DNA from: Bdellovibrionales bacterium
Lineage (GTDB): Bacteria > Bdellovibrionota > Bdellovibrionia > Bdellovibrionales > UBA1609
NCBI GenBank assembly: GCA_965205945.1
Contig: CBDBIB010000001.1
Location: 593,929 to 657,928, forward strand
Direction of reading: 5' to 3'
Length of the DNA: 64,000 nucleotides
The notes below the pieces were generated by a model. It was not told the origin of the DNA. It made no database searches and was given only the letters and a program-made list of their open reading frames with translations. A program made the position numbers and the translations under genes. The stretch's first letter is position 1. Every line of letters begins with the position of its first letter. Of the stretch, positions 11,618 to 21,943 are shown one piece after another.

Positions 11618-12419
11618 ATATAACCTACTTTTTTACACTTTATTCAGTAGTTTTATCGGTTTTATATAAATACAAATTCATATTCTCTTTAGTTTTTATG
11701 ACTAAAGATGGTACTTTTAAGACTTAAGTTTATAAAAATATTTTACTTTAAAACTAGCCTATTAGTTAGTTTTAAAAACTTTAAGTAATTCTGTACTTTA
11801 ATACAACAAAAGACGCTTTTATTCAGACTTAATCTCAAACTGATACTTTTTAACGGTAAATTTTAAGAGCTTTTTACTAAAGAAAAAATATTGAATATCA
11901 TCTCATCTGTGCTCAACCATACCTATAAATTCTCATTATTAGATATAATCTATACGAAAAAAATAAAATCATCATTATCAACAACAAATAATTTTATATT
12001 CACTTTGTAATAATAAAATTATTAAATCCTTTTAATGCCAATTACATCAAATAATTCTTAAACAAAATTCTATGAAAGTTTTTATTTAAAAAATAATTTT
12101 AATCTTAAAAAGATTCTTATAAGATAGATATAACCATAAATCATAATCTAACGCTTTACCCTCAAGCTTTAAAATTTAGTTCCACAGTTTGCTCAAATAT
12201 TTGAAATACTCCTTATCATCAATATTATTACTACATGTAAGATAGAATTCTTTTCTCATTTAAAAACTAAGAAATAAAACGACATTCTTAAAGAGTTCAC
12301 ATCTTAAGCACTCCAAAAATAATTTAGTTTTTTTATCACTTGCGGCACCACATAAAAGGCAATTCTTCTTTTCTTCGTTCATTTATTCACAGTAAGGTAC
12401 TAAAATACGGGAGGTTAAT

Positions 12420-14261
12420 TTGGAAAGCCACAAATCAAGCTTGAACTGGATAATTGCAGCAGGTGTAGTTGGTGCAGATATTGGAACATCTGTTTTTTAT
12501 GGAACAGGAATTTTATTTCCTATTGTTGGCTATCTTGCGCCCTTAATAATTCTTGCTGTTTGCCTTATGATGTGGGCTCTTAAAAAAACTTACGAAGAAG
12601 GCTTGGCACTTTCACCATATAATGGTGGAGCATATTCTATGATACTTCGTTCTTTAGGAAGACAAGCCGCCGTACTTGCTGGATCACTAACCGTTGTTTC
12701 ATACCTTGCAACAGCGGCAGTAAGTTCATTATCAGGAGCTCATTATCTTTCTTCTATGTGGAAGCATGGACTATCCAACTCAACAATAGTTTTACTCGCC
12801 TTTATTCCAATAGTTTTTTTCGCTTTACTAAACATCAAAGGAATTAAAGAACCTGCAAAACTTGTGACTATTATTGCAACATTTCACTTTGCTCTTCTCA
12901 TCTTAATATCTCTTTGGGGATTTGGGTTTTTAATTTGGAACTGGGGAGCTATTGATCTGTCAGGCTTTACAGAGTTTAAAACACCAAACAGCCACCTTTC
13001 TTTTAACCTTCTTATATATGGTTTTGCTGCAGGGTTTTTAGGGATTACAGGTTTTGAATCTGCTGCACAAATCGTTGAAGAGCTTGAAGCACCTGCACTA
13101 GAGACCGTTAGAAAACTATATAAAACTGTTATAATTTTAGTTTCTCTAACAGCTCCCGCAATTTCTTTTCTCTGCTTAGCGCTTCTTACTCAAGATGAGG
13201 TTATGAAAAATACAGACGCTCTACTTTCAGTTTTAAGCAACAAGCTTGGCGGGCGCTTTTTATTAACTGTCATTGTAATTGATGCCACCTTAACTTTATT
13301 TGCAGCAACCAACACTGCATTTGTAGGGTTTATTGGCTTAGCTACTACAATGGCAAAACAAGGAAATCTTCCAAAATTCATGCTTACACGAGTAGCCCAT
13401 AAGTACCCTCAGCTTCAAGGCTACCCTCTTATTGCAGTGCCCTTTATGATTATTGCGCTTATGATGTGTGCCCTTGTTGCTGGAGAAGTTGGAATTTTAG
13501 CAAAGGTTTATGAAATCGCCTTCCTTGGAGTTATGGTGAGTTTTTGTGTAGGTGTTGTTCTTTTAAGAAACAGACCTTTAAGAAAAGACACTCCAAATAA
13601 TTTTTTAAGCTCTTGGCTTTTTGTAACAAAAAAAAACAGTATCCCTGTTATCCCTCTTCTTTCAGGGTGTGTTCTTCTTTTTGCTCAGCTCACCTTATTC
13701 CTACACTCAAACGGTGAAGAAAGGTCTATGCTAATCCAACTCTTAGCTATGATACTTTTAGTTATGGCCTTTTATCGCTGGGGAATCTTAGAAAATAGAC
13801 TTGAAACAAGATCTGATTTAAGGCTTGGGACTGGTAAGTTTGCTAAAAAAACTGACCTTCCTGAAGATCTTAAAAAATATATCCTCTGTACAGGTGGAAC
13901 TGGAGCCAGAAGACTTATAAATGCCTCTATCAAACATATTCACAACAGCACACTTAAAGTATCCGAACCTTTTGAGCTTGTTATTTTCCATGCTGAAAAC
14001 GGCCAAGACCCTGAAGGATATTTTTATGAACTCTTACAACGAGTTGTTTCCCAACAGATTGTCCCAATTTATCAAGATGTTGATATGGTTTTAAGAGTTA
14101 AAATTCTACCTGGAGGTCTTACAGAAGGCCTGCAAACTCTAAGAAAAACTGTAAATTTTAAATCTATTTTCCTTGGAGGCTTATCCCACTCATATGGAAA
14201 AAAATCAGAAATTGAAGAACTTCTAACTCATGAATTAGAAGTTAATGTGGTGCATATTTAA
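12420..14261 (+). CDS. APC-superfamily permease with C-terminal cytoplasmic (USP-like) domain; KUP/KimA-like TM1 motif
   Basis: ~12 hydrophobic segments, GVVGADIGTSVFY and GITGFESAA motifs; GGGAGG before the TTG start. Confidence 0.8.
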   Translation: MESHKSSLNWIIAAGVVGADIGTSVFYGTGILFPIVGYLAPLIILAVCLMMWALKKTYEEGLALSPYNGGAYSMILRSLGRQAAVLAGSLTVVSYLATAAVSSLSGAHYLSSMWKHGLSNSTIVLLAFIPIVFFALLNIKGIKEPAKLVTIIATFHFALLILISLWGFGFLIWNWGAIDLSGFTEFKTPNSHLSFNLLIYGFAAGFLGITGFESAAQIVEELEAPALETVRKLYKTVIILVSLTAPAISFLCLALLTQDEVMKNTDALLSVLSNKLGGRFLLTVIVIDATLTLFAATNTAFVGFIGLATTMAKQGNLPKFMLTRVAHKYPQLQGYPLIAVPFMIIALMMCALVAGEVGILAKVYEIAFLGVMVSFCVGVVLLRNRPLRKDTPNNFLSSWLFVTKKNSIPVIPLLSGCVLLFAQLTLFLHSNGEERSMLIQLLAMILLVMAFYRWGILENRLETRSDLRLGTGKFAKKTDLPEDLKKYILCTGGTGARRLINASIKHIHNSTLKVSEPFELVIFHAENGQDPEGYFYELLQRVVSQQIVPIYQDVDMVLRVKILPGGLTEGLQTLRKTVNFKSIFLGGLSHSYGKKSEIEELLTHELEVNVVHI

Positions 14262-14450
14262 ACACATACTTTATACTAATAAATCACTCCACTAAATTTT
14301 CTAATATTTCCTTTAAATCACAAAATCACTTTTTACATTGACATAGCTTAATTAAAGTTTAATCTTACATAAACTAGATCACTATTGTTTTATTAGCCCA
14401 CTCTTTTCATATGTATATAATTTAAGAATTACGTTAGAAAGGTTTTTTTT

Positions 14451-14690
14451 ATGTCTAAAAAAATTGAAATTTACACTTGGAACTACTGCCCATCTTGTGT
14501 AAGAGCTAAAAACCTTCTTACTCAAAAAGGAATAAAATTCATTGAATACTCTTTAGATGATAAAAACGATGAACTTATAGCTCTTCGTGAGCGCACCGGT
14601 CAAAAAACTGTGCCACAAATTTTTATTGATGATGTTTTCATTGGTGGCTTCTTAGAGCTTTCTGCATTAAACGCTTCTGGCAAACTTTAA
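14451..14690 (+). CDS. grxC: Glutaredoxin (Grx3-like)
   Basis: CPSC active site, TVPQIFI, IGGF. Confidence 0.9.
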   Translation: MSKKIEIYTWNYCPSCVRAKNLLTQKGIKFIEYSLDDKNDELIALRERTGQKTVPQIFIDDVFIGGFLELSALNASGKL

Positions 14691-15082
14691 TTTAAAAAGG
14701 CAAGAAAAAACAATTAAATTCTAACAGCCTTCTTAAGATTTACATATAATAAATTTTCTTACTAAATCATAACACTTCTACAACTCATATGTATTAAAAG
14801 CTTTTTTTAAAAAAACCTTAAATAATAAAAAATCTGCTATAAAATGCTTGTAAAATAGAAAATATAATAAAAATATATCCAAAGCTCAACACCCTCTTTA
14901 TAGCAATCTTTTTAAGCCTTTTTAATTCTAAAAAACCCATGATCCTACCATTAACGCTCTACCTACTCCAATGATACCTTTTTCATTTAAAAACTTAACT
15001 GCTTTTCAAACAAACAATCCCTTATTTTCTAAAGCCTAAAGAACCCCATCATAGGAGTTAAGCAAAGTATAAGAAATTTAAT

Positions 15083-15110
15083 TTGACAAGTCTCCTCTCT
15101 CTATTAGGTT
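15083..15110 (+). promoter_or_regulatory. Candidate sigma70 promoter for purKE
   Basis: TTGACA(15083-15088)-N16-TAGGTT(15105-15110), ending 6 nt before the ATG. Confidence 0.45.
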
Positions 15111-15116
15111 AATAAA

Positions 15117-16199
15117 ATGAGCTTTATCAACACAAAATCCATAGGAATCATTGGCGGAGGGCAGCTAGCAAAAATGCTTGCACAGTCAGCCCAAAAAATG
15201 GGAGCCACTGCTCATATTTATTCTGAGAACACATCAGACCCTGCTGCCACAATTACGTCCTTACATACAAAAGGTAAATTTACTAATTATAAAAAAATTA
15301 AAGCTTGGGCTAAGAATTTAAATGTTATTACCTTTGAAAATGAATTTATAGAAATTGATAAAATTAAACTTAAAAAATATTCACTAAACCCTAAAAGTAT
15401 GATGCTTTTAAGAGATCGTTTAAGCCAAAAAACATTACTAGAAAAATTTAAAATTTCTACATCAAAGTTCATACAACTAAATAAAAATCCTTTTTTTAAA
15501 AACCCTGTAGTTTTAAAAAAACGTCTTTTTGGTTATGATGGTTATGGCACGGTAATATGTAAAAACAAGAAATCTTATATTGATTTTATATTAAAAGAAC
15601 AAAATATATCTGATTGGATTAAAGAAGATTTTATCTCTTTTAAAAGAGAATTAGCTTTTAGCATTGCACGAACGAAAGATAAAGACTTCACCCTTCTTCC
15701 TCTTGTTGAAACTTTTCAAAAAAATTCAAAATGCTTATGGGTTAAAGGACCTATAAAAAACAAAAAATTAAACTCTCTTATCTTAAAAGCTAAAAAGCTT
15801 CTTACACATTTAGATTATACCGGAATTATTACCTTTGAACTTTTTGAAACAAAATCTGGAGAACTTCTTGTTAATGAAATTGCTCCAAGAGTTCATAATT
15901 CAGCACACTACTCTATTGAAGCCTTGTCACTTTCACAGTTTGACGTGCATATACTCTCAATACTAAATCAAAAGCTTCCTTCTAAAATCACACCACACAA
16001 AGCCTTTGCAATGGTTAATCTTATTGGAAGCACTAATGCAAAACCAAAACTTCAGGCTGTTAAAATAGGATCCCTTCATTGGTACAGCAAGCTTGATAAT
16101 AGACCCGGAAGAAAAATGGGTCATTTAACTGTTATGGACAACACACCTAATAAAGCTTTAAAATTAGCCCTTAAAGCAGTAAAAGGACAAAAACTATGA
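15117..16199 (+). CDS. purK: N5-carboxyaminoimidazole ribonucleotide synthase
   Basis: [37 protein letters not shown]. Confidence 0.95.
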   Translation: MSFINTKSIGIIGGGQLAKMLAQSAQKMGATAHIYSENTSDPAATITSLHTKGKFTNYKKIKAWAKNLNVITFENEFIEIDKIKLKKYSLNPKSMMLLRDRLSQKTLLEKFKISTSKFIQLNKNPFFKNPVVLKKRLFGYDGYGTVICKNKKSYIDFILKEQNISDWIKEDFISFKRELAFSIARTKDKDFTLLPLVETFQKNSKCLWVKGPIKNKKLNSLILKAKKLLTHLDYTGIITFELFETKSGELLVNEIAPRVHNSAHYSIEALSLSQFDVHILSILNQKLPSKITPHKAFAMVNLIGSTNAKPKLQAVKIGSLHWYSKLDNRPGRKMGHLTVMDNTPNKALKLALKAVKGQKL

Positions 16200-16672
16200 G
16201 TAAACCAATAATTGGAATTATTATGGGAAGCACTAGTGACCTTCCTGTCATGAAAAAAACTCTCTCTTTTTTAAATGATTTTAAAATTTCTTATGAAGTA
16301 AAAACTGTATCTGCTCATAGAACTCCTGATTTTATGGCTTCATATGCTAAAAACGCTAAAAAAAATGGACTTAAAGTTATTATTGCTGGTGCAGGTGGCG
16401 CAGCTCACTTACCAGGTATGATCGCCGCCTATACAACACTTCCTGTAATTGGTGTTCCTATTAATATTACAAGCTTAAATGGCCTAGATTCTTTTCTCTC
16501 GATCTTACAAATGCCAAAAGGTGTTCCTGTTGCCACAGTTGCAATTGATAACTATGAAAATGCAGCTCTACTAGCTATTAGAATGTTAAGTATTAGCTCT
16601 AAAAGACTTTCTAAAGCTTTAGACGAATTTGCAAAATCACAAAAAACCAAAGTTTTAAATAGTAATCGCTAG
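16196..16672 (+). CDS. purE: N5-CAIR mutase
   Basis: [36 protein letters not shown]. Confidence 0.97.
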   Translation: MSKPIIGIIMGSTSDLPVMKKTLSFLNDFKISYEVKTVSAHRTPDFMASYAKNAKKNGLKVIIAGAGGAAHLPGMIAAYTTLPVIGVPINITSLNGLDSFLSILQMPKGVPVATVAIDNYENAALLAIRMLSISSKRLSKALDEFAKSQKTKVLNSNR

Positions 16673-16924
16673 TTGTGTATATTTACTATTTATATGGAAT
16701 AATATTACTAAGATCTTTACAATTTGTAAGAATAAATACTAAACGATGATTTTACTTGCTTAGGATTTAAAAAATTTAACAAAAAAAGTTAATTTTTATA
16801 AGTCTATAAGCTATTATCAAGCTTAAAATAAACGCTTCCCATATCTTCATTCCTAATATGCTTAAGAAGAATGGCCTAAATAAAAATAGTATGAGAGTGT
16901 GATTTACAAGCTACCTACATAAGC

Positions 16925-18076
16925 CTAGTTTATAAAACTATCCTTGCCCATTTTCTCTAAATCAAAAGAATAGGTTTTATATATATGGGGGGAAACACCT
17001 TTTCTTTCTATGTAAGCACCAGATAAACTTTTATAAAATGCGTAAGGGTATGAAAAATAAAATCCATCTGGGAAATTAAAAATTGGCTCCCAGCTTGAAA
17101 GCACTACCCTGCCTGAAGTTCGCTCTCCTATTACCTTTCCTCTATTGGTGTCTATAAATGCTTGAGCAACAATTTCTGCAGTAGATGAGGTTATGGAGTT
17201 AACTAACACAAAAATTTTCTTATTTGTACAATAGTTTGCTTTAGGAACTCTTAAAAAAACTTTCCCATATTTTTTAAGGTAAGGAACCTGAATAGATTGT
17301 TTAACTGATAATGGATAATCTGAGCTTCCAAACTCTTTTTTACTTGGAATACTAAATTCCCCCACTACTATTTCTTCACACAAAAATATCGATAAAAATC
17401 TTAAACCTGCTGCAATATTTCCACCATAATTGTCCCTAAGGTCGATATATATTTTATTGCCTTTAATTTTTCTTACCCCATTCATCACATCTACAATAGC
17501 TTTATCATTAAAAAACTCCCCTCTAAAAGACAAAACTTTAATGATATTATCTACAATCTGAACCCTATCATTCCAAATATACTTTTGAACTTTTACTTTT
17601 AATATTTTTATTTTCCCTTTACGCTTAACTATATAATTTCCACCAGAGTGTAGAATACCATACCTTAAAGGGAGTTTTTCTTTATTTATTTTAACAAGTA
17701 CATCGCCTCTTTTAAAAACTGAATCTGGATGAGCTCGATACACAAGATATTTACCTTTAAAATACTTAAATTTAACTCCAATATTTTTGGTTTCAGACTT
17801 CCAAATTTCATTTGATTCGAAAGGACTATAGACTGCAAAATGTGACCATCCCCAGTTTTTAAACCACGAATTCATATTAGCCTTCCACGCTCTAAAAGAA
17901 CCTGATCTAGTATAAATACTCTTACAATGCTCAAACTCATTAGCATTAAATTTCTCTACAAATTCTTCTGTAATTTTTTTACACATTTTTATGTGACCAG
18001 CCTTAAGACCTTTATCTCTTTGAATAGAGAAAAAAACTAAAGCGACTAAGAACATCCAGAGTACATAAAGTTTCAT
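16925..18076 (-). CDS. S41-family (C-terminal processing) peptidase, divergent
   Basis: IDLRDNYGG, LVNSITSSTAEI, IGERTSG, GVSPHI; N-terminal signal/TM. Confidence 0.8.
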   Translation of the reverse strand: MKLYVLWMFLVALVFFSIQRDKGLKAGHIKMCKKITEEFVEKFNANEFEHCKSIYTRSGSFRAWKANMNSWFKNWGWSHFAVYSPFESNEIWKSETKNIGVKFKYFKGKYLVYRAHPDSVFKRGDVLVKINKEKLPLRYGILHSGGNYIVKRKGKIKILKVKVQKYIWNDRVQIVDNIIKVLSFRGEFFNDKAIVDVMNGVRKIKGNKIYIDLRDNYGGNIAAGLRFLSIFLCEEIVVGEFSIPSKKEFGSSDYPLSVKQSIQVPYLKKYGKVFLRVPKANYCTNKKIFVLVNSITSSTAEIVAQAFIDTNRGKVIGERTSGRVVLSSWEPIFNFPDGFYFSYPYAFYKSLSGAYIERKGVSPHIYKTYSFDLEKMGKDSFIN

Positions 18077-18145
18077 AGAAAAAAACTCTCCTGTATTTAA
18101 CCAGAGGACTTTTAAACATTTTCTTCATAATGTAATGTTAAACTT

Positions 18146-18538
18146 TTATGCCGCTCTTTTCCTTCTAACTACAGAAACATCAATGCCGTACTGCTTAACC
18201 TTTCTATATAAAGTGGCTCTCCCAATACCTAAGGCTTTTGCTGCCTCAGTTAAATTCCCCTGATATTGATGTATGGCATTTACAATTGCTATACTCTCTA
18301 ATTCGCTAATAGTCTGCACTGAGCCCTTTCCCTGAGTACTTGGAAACGGTATAATATTTTTTGAACCACCTGAACTAAGTATTTGCACTGAAGAATCAAA
18401 GGCATTTTTTCTTTCTTGTTCCTTCCACTGAAAGATAGAATAAATTTCTAGATTAACACCCATACTATACGCAAAATTTCTTGCCTTCTGTATCACCTCT
18501 TGATCATCGGAAATAACAAGCACTTTTGATCTTGACAT
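18146..18538 (-). CDS. Fis-type HTH (HTH_8) regulator
   Basis: C-terminal GNLTEAAKALGIGRATLYRKVKQY. Confidence 0.85.
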   Translation of the reverse strand: MSRSKVLVISDDQEVIQKARNFAYSMGVNLEIYSIFQWKEQERKNAFDSSVQILSSGGSKNIIPFPSTQGKGSVQTISELESIAIVNAIHQYQGNLTEAAKALGIGRATLYRKVKQYGIDVSVVRRKRAA

Positions 18539-19353
18539 TTAAATATCTCCCTTGCTTAGTTTAATAAGTTGAACATATTTTTATCGGTCAAAAAATAAAT
18601 TAAGATGAACTTTTTTAAAGTTTTAATTCAATAAGATGCCTCTAGCACCTAAAATATGAATACAATACACTCATTTTGCAACATATTTGCAACACAATGC
18701 TCTTTTAAAACACTTTTAAAAAATAATACCCTTTCCTTAGCGATTCTAATTTGTTGGTAATATTTTTTGTATTCATTAGGGATTTTTTGATTTCTCTAGA
18801 ATAGCTTTTTTTTCGCCCCTCTAAGATTTTGTGTACAATATGTGTTAATTTCTCTTTAAACTACTGAAATAACTTCGTTATCCTCTCTATATTTATTGCC
18901 ACAAACTCCTCTACTATAAACTTTAAATTAGCTTTTTTTGTACTCTCTTTTAAGCAAATCTTTGCTTTTAGTCTCTTTTTCTAAAAGTGCTGCTCTTAAA
19001 AAGTTCATCAACCAAAACTTTAAATATAATTCTTAAAAAAGACCGTTTGTAGTGATTGAGTATAGGAATGGAAACTGTAAATATAACACTACAATCAATG
19101 ATTTTAAACACTTAGCAGGACAAGTCTGTCTTATACGAATTATGTTAATAGTGAAGAAAATGACTTACAAAAAAAAGTCTTATATGAAAAAGGCTATAAT
19201 ACTCTGCAACACTACCTTAGTAAGCTGATCTTTCTTTGATCTCCATATTTGCCACAGGATTATAAGGAAGCACTTTAAAAATAGTAACTATTTTTTTAAT
19301 CAAATGTCGAGGTGGTATACTTTAAAAAAATAGAGGTTTTCCTAGATTTGCTC

Positions 19354-19761
19354 TTATCTTCGACCTGACTTAATCTTAATCTGCATTTTAGTAATCAACT
19401 GAACGGCCATTTTTTCCTGAACTTTACACATTTTAAGCTCATCTTTCTTATACGATCTTTGACTAGGAGTTAAAGTTCCAGCTTGAAGCTCCATCTCATA
19501 ATCAAGCTTATTGGCCCTAATACCTTCAAGCTCTTTAGTTTGATTTTTAAAAAGCCTATTAACACCACTCATAGGAGCAACATCAAGCCATTCTCTCTTG
19601 TTTTTATACCATGTAAGCATTCTTAAAAATCTAGCCTTATTCTTAGCTAGTGTAAATTGTGGATACTGAACCTCTTTTAGGTCCAGTATATTTTCCGTTT
19701 CACTTAAATCTACTTCCTGAGAAGCGGTCCCTATAGTATTTTTAATTTCTATAACATCCAT
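19354..19761 (-). CDS. Hypothetical protein (basic, helical)
   Basis: ORF track entry; ATG at 19761 preceded by AAGGA chosen as start. Confidence 0.7.
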   Translation of the reverse strand: MDVIEIKNTIGTASQEVDLSETENILDLKEVQYPQFTLAKNKARFLRMLTWYKNKREWLDVAPMSGVNRLFKNQTKELEGIRANKLDYEMELQAGTLTPSQRSYKKDELKMCKVQEKMAVQLITKMQIKIKSGRR

Positions 19762-20125
19762 ATTGTCCTTACCCACATAGGTCTTATCCCAGATTTTAAA
19801 AAATAGCAATTTTTGTTATCTAGAATAAAAATATTTTTATTACAATTAAAGATTTTACAATTTAAATCAACTTTATACCTATCAAATAAAAAAAAACCCA
19901 GTACATTATTAAGAGGAATAATATATAACGGCAGTAAGCATATAAAAATCTGACTGCCCTATAAAACCTGTATCATTAAAAAAGGTTATAAAACTTAAAA
20001 AAACCTATAACTATTAAAATTTTAAAGCTTGATAAAAAGTTTATGGGCCAAGTTCTTAAATAGATTACACACCTTAAAATAGACTCTAAACCTGCGCCTA
20101 GTAAATACCAAAAAAACCTCCATTA

Positions 20126-21379
20126 TTAGGTTATCCTTTGAACAATTGCTGCTCCAACAGAATCAGACCATACATTTACTGTTGTTCTTCCCATATCCAC
20201 AACTCTATCTACAGCTAAGATCATACCTGTAGCCTCTAACGGTAAGCCCACTGTTTCTAAAATTACTACCATCATAGCAAGCCCTGCATGAGGAATTCCC
20301 GCCGCTCCTACTGAAGCTAATAGTGCTGTGATCAATACTAAAAATTGTTGAAAAAATGACAAATCAACATTCATTACCTGAGCTATAAACAAAACTGCAA
20401 CACCTTCATATAAAGCTGTGCCATCCATATTAATGGTCGCCCCTAATGGCAAAACTATACTTGAAACCTTTGATGAAACTTTTTTATTCTTTTTAGAGCA
20501 CTCCATGGTAAGAGATAATGTTGCTGCACTTGAGGCAGATGAAAAGGCTGTAAGTAACGCCGGAGACATTTGCCGCATGTACTTAAACGGGTTCTCTTTT
20601 CTTAGTAAAAAATATAAAACCGGAACAACCACAAAAAAATGAAACCCTAAAGCAAGCATTACAGTCACTAAATACCACGCAAGAGAACTAAATACCTGAA
20701 CACCAACCTCTAAAATCAGCTTTGCCACTAAACAAAAAACACCTATTGGAGCAACCGCTAAAACCCCATGAACCATTTTAAGCATGATTTCATTTAATGA
20801 ATCTGCGAAATCTACCATTGGTTTTCTTTTATTTGGAACAACTTGAAGAGCAAAGATTCCAAAAAGAATAGTAAAAAATAAAACACCTAGCATATCAAAG
20901 GGAACAGCTGCCATAGAACCAATTGGATTTTCTGGAACCATACGTATAAAAATCTCGGACAAAGAGCTTGGTGAAGACATAGTTTTTGCTGCCATATCGC
21001 CTAAATCTAAATCTACCCTTGTACCTGGAGAAATCAAATTCACAAAAAACAAACCCACAGTAATGGCAATTATACTTGTAAAAATATAATAAATTAAAGT
21101 TTTACTACCAATTCGAGAAAGATCTTTAGAACTTCCAACCCCTAAGACTCCTAAAAGAAGTGATGCAATTACCAGTGGTAGCACTACCATTTTTAAAAGC
21201 CTTAAAAAAACCTTCCCCCCTAAATCCACTGCTGGAAGAATCACATTTAATGCTACTTGACTATCTTTTAAAAAGATACCCACCAATACGCCTAAAAACA
21301 TTCCAATTGCAATCTGCCAATGAAGCTCTTTATACCACTTATTCTTTTTCTCTACTTGAAGATTTTTTTCTGAATCCAT
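20126..21379 (-). CDS. Dicarboxylate/amino acid:cation symporter (DAACS, GltP/GltT-like)
   Basis: TAFSSASSAATL, LPLGATINMDGTALYE, AVDRVVDMGRTTVNV. Confidence 0.95.
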   Translation of the reverse strand: MDSEKNLQVEKKNKWYKELHWQIAIGMFLGVLVGIFLKDSQVALNVILPAVDLGGKVFLRLLKMVVLPLVIASLLLGVLGVGSSKDLSRIGSKTLIYYIFTSIIAITVGLFFVNLISPGTRVDLDLGDMAAKTMSSPSSLSEIFIRMVPENPIGSMAAVPFDMLGVLFFTILFGIFALQVVPNKRKPMVDFADSLNEIMLKMVHGVLAVAPIGVFCLVAKLILEVGVQVFSSLAWYLVTVMLALGFHFFVVVPVLYFLLRKENPFKYMRQMSPALLTAFSSASSAATLSLTMECSKKNKKVSSKVSSIVLPLGATINMDGTALYEGVAVLFIAQVMNVDLSFFQQFLVLITALLASVGAAGIPHAGLAMMVVILETVGLPLEATGMILAVDRVVDMGRTTVNVWSDSVGAAIVQRIT

Positions 21380-21385
21380 ATAAAT

Positions 21386-21841
21386 CTAATTCCCTTTCTG
21401 TATTTTTTTCTTTTCAACTATCAACCTACCTACCATAGTTTCTCTAGGAAAATTTGAAACTCCAACATATGCATAAATACCTTCTTTAGTTGGCGCTTTA
21501 AAAGAAACTTCTAAACTTGTATTTGGCTCGATATCCTTAGATTCAAAAAGAAAATATTCCCTAGGAACCTGCCCTTGCTGAGCCTTAATATGCTGAACTA
21601 GTATAGGATCTTCACCATTTTTAAGAAGATAAAACTTTAATTTTTCTTTCTTTAAACCATTAAATAAATCAAAAGAAACTCTTTTCCCTGGATCAGTCTT
21701 TAGCTCTTCTACTGAAAAAGCCATATCTCCATTTGAGACCCTAATCTTACTAATTTCGCTAATAACACTTTTTTTGGGCATACATGCAGATAAAAAAATT
21801 AACGTTAAACAACCTAAAACTAAGTTTCTATATTTCCTCAA
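21386..21841 (-). CDS. Cupredoxin (azurin/auracyanin)-like lipoprotein lacking canonical Cu ligands
   Basis: Lipobox FLSAC; DMAFSVEEL..PGKRV, VSFKAP..EGIYAY, MVGRLIV; TTG at 21841 after GAGGGG. Confidence 0.65.
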   Translation of the reverse strand: MRKYRNLVLGCLTLIFLSACMPKKSVISEISKIRVSNGDMAFSVEELKTDPGKRVSFDLFNGLKKEKLKFYLLKNGEDPILVQHIKAQQGQVPREYFLFESKDIEPNTSLEVSFKAPTKEGIYAYVGVSNFPRETMVGRLIVEKKKIQKGN

Positions 21842-21943
21842 TTGGAACCCCTCATTAAATGTTGTATTTATATATTCTCTCAGATAAGGATTACAATTAA
21901 TTTTATAAAAACGCAATAAACTTAAAAAAAAGGAACGGCTTTT

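Noticed and set aside
11700..12400. Long intergenic region upstream of the APC/K+ transporter as a riboswitch (e.g. c-di-AMP)
   Set aside because: No recognisable conserved riboswitch motif by eye; an Rfam scan is needed
18673..18695. TTTGCAACA direct repeat upstream of the Fis-like gene, also matching inside the IR spacer near 57887-57898
   Set aside because: Short and AT-rich, with no sigma54 -24 element; could be chance
18700..19010. Possible broken minus-strand ORF (MNFLRAALLEKETKSKDLLKREYKK...)
   Set aside because: Needs a frameshift and stop read-through, and no family is recognisable; could be chance in AT-rich DNA
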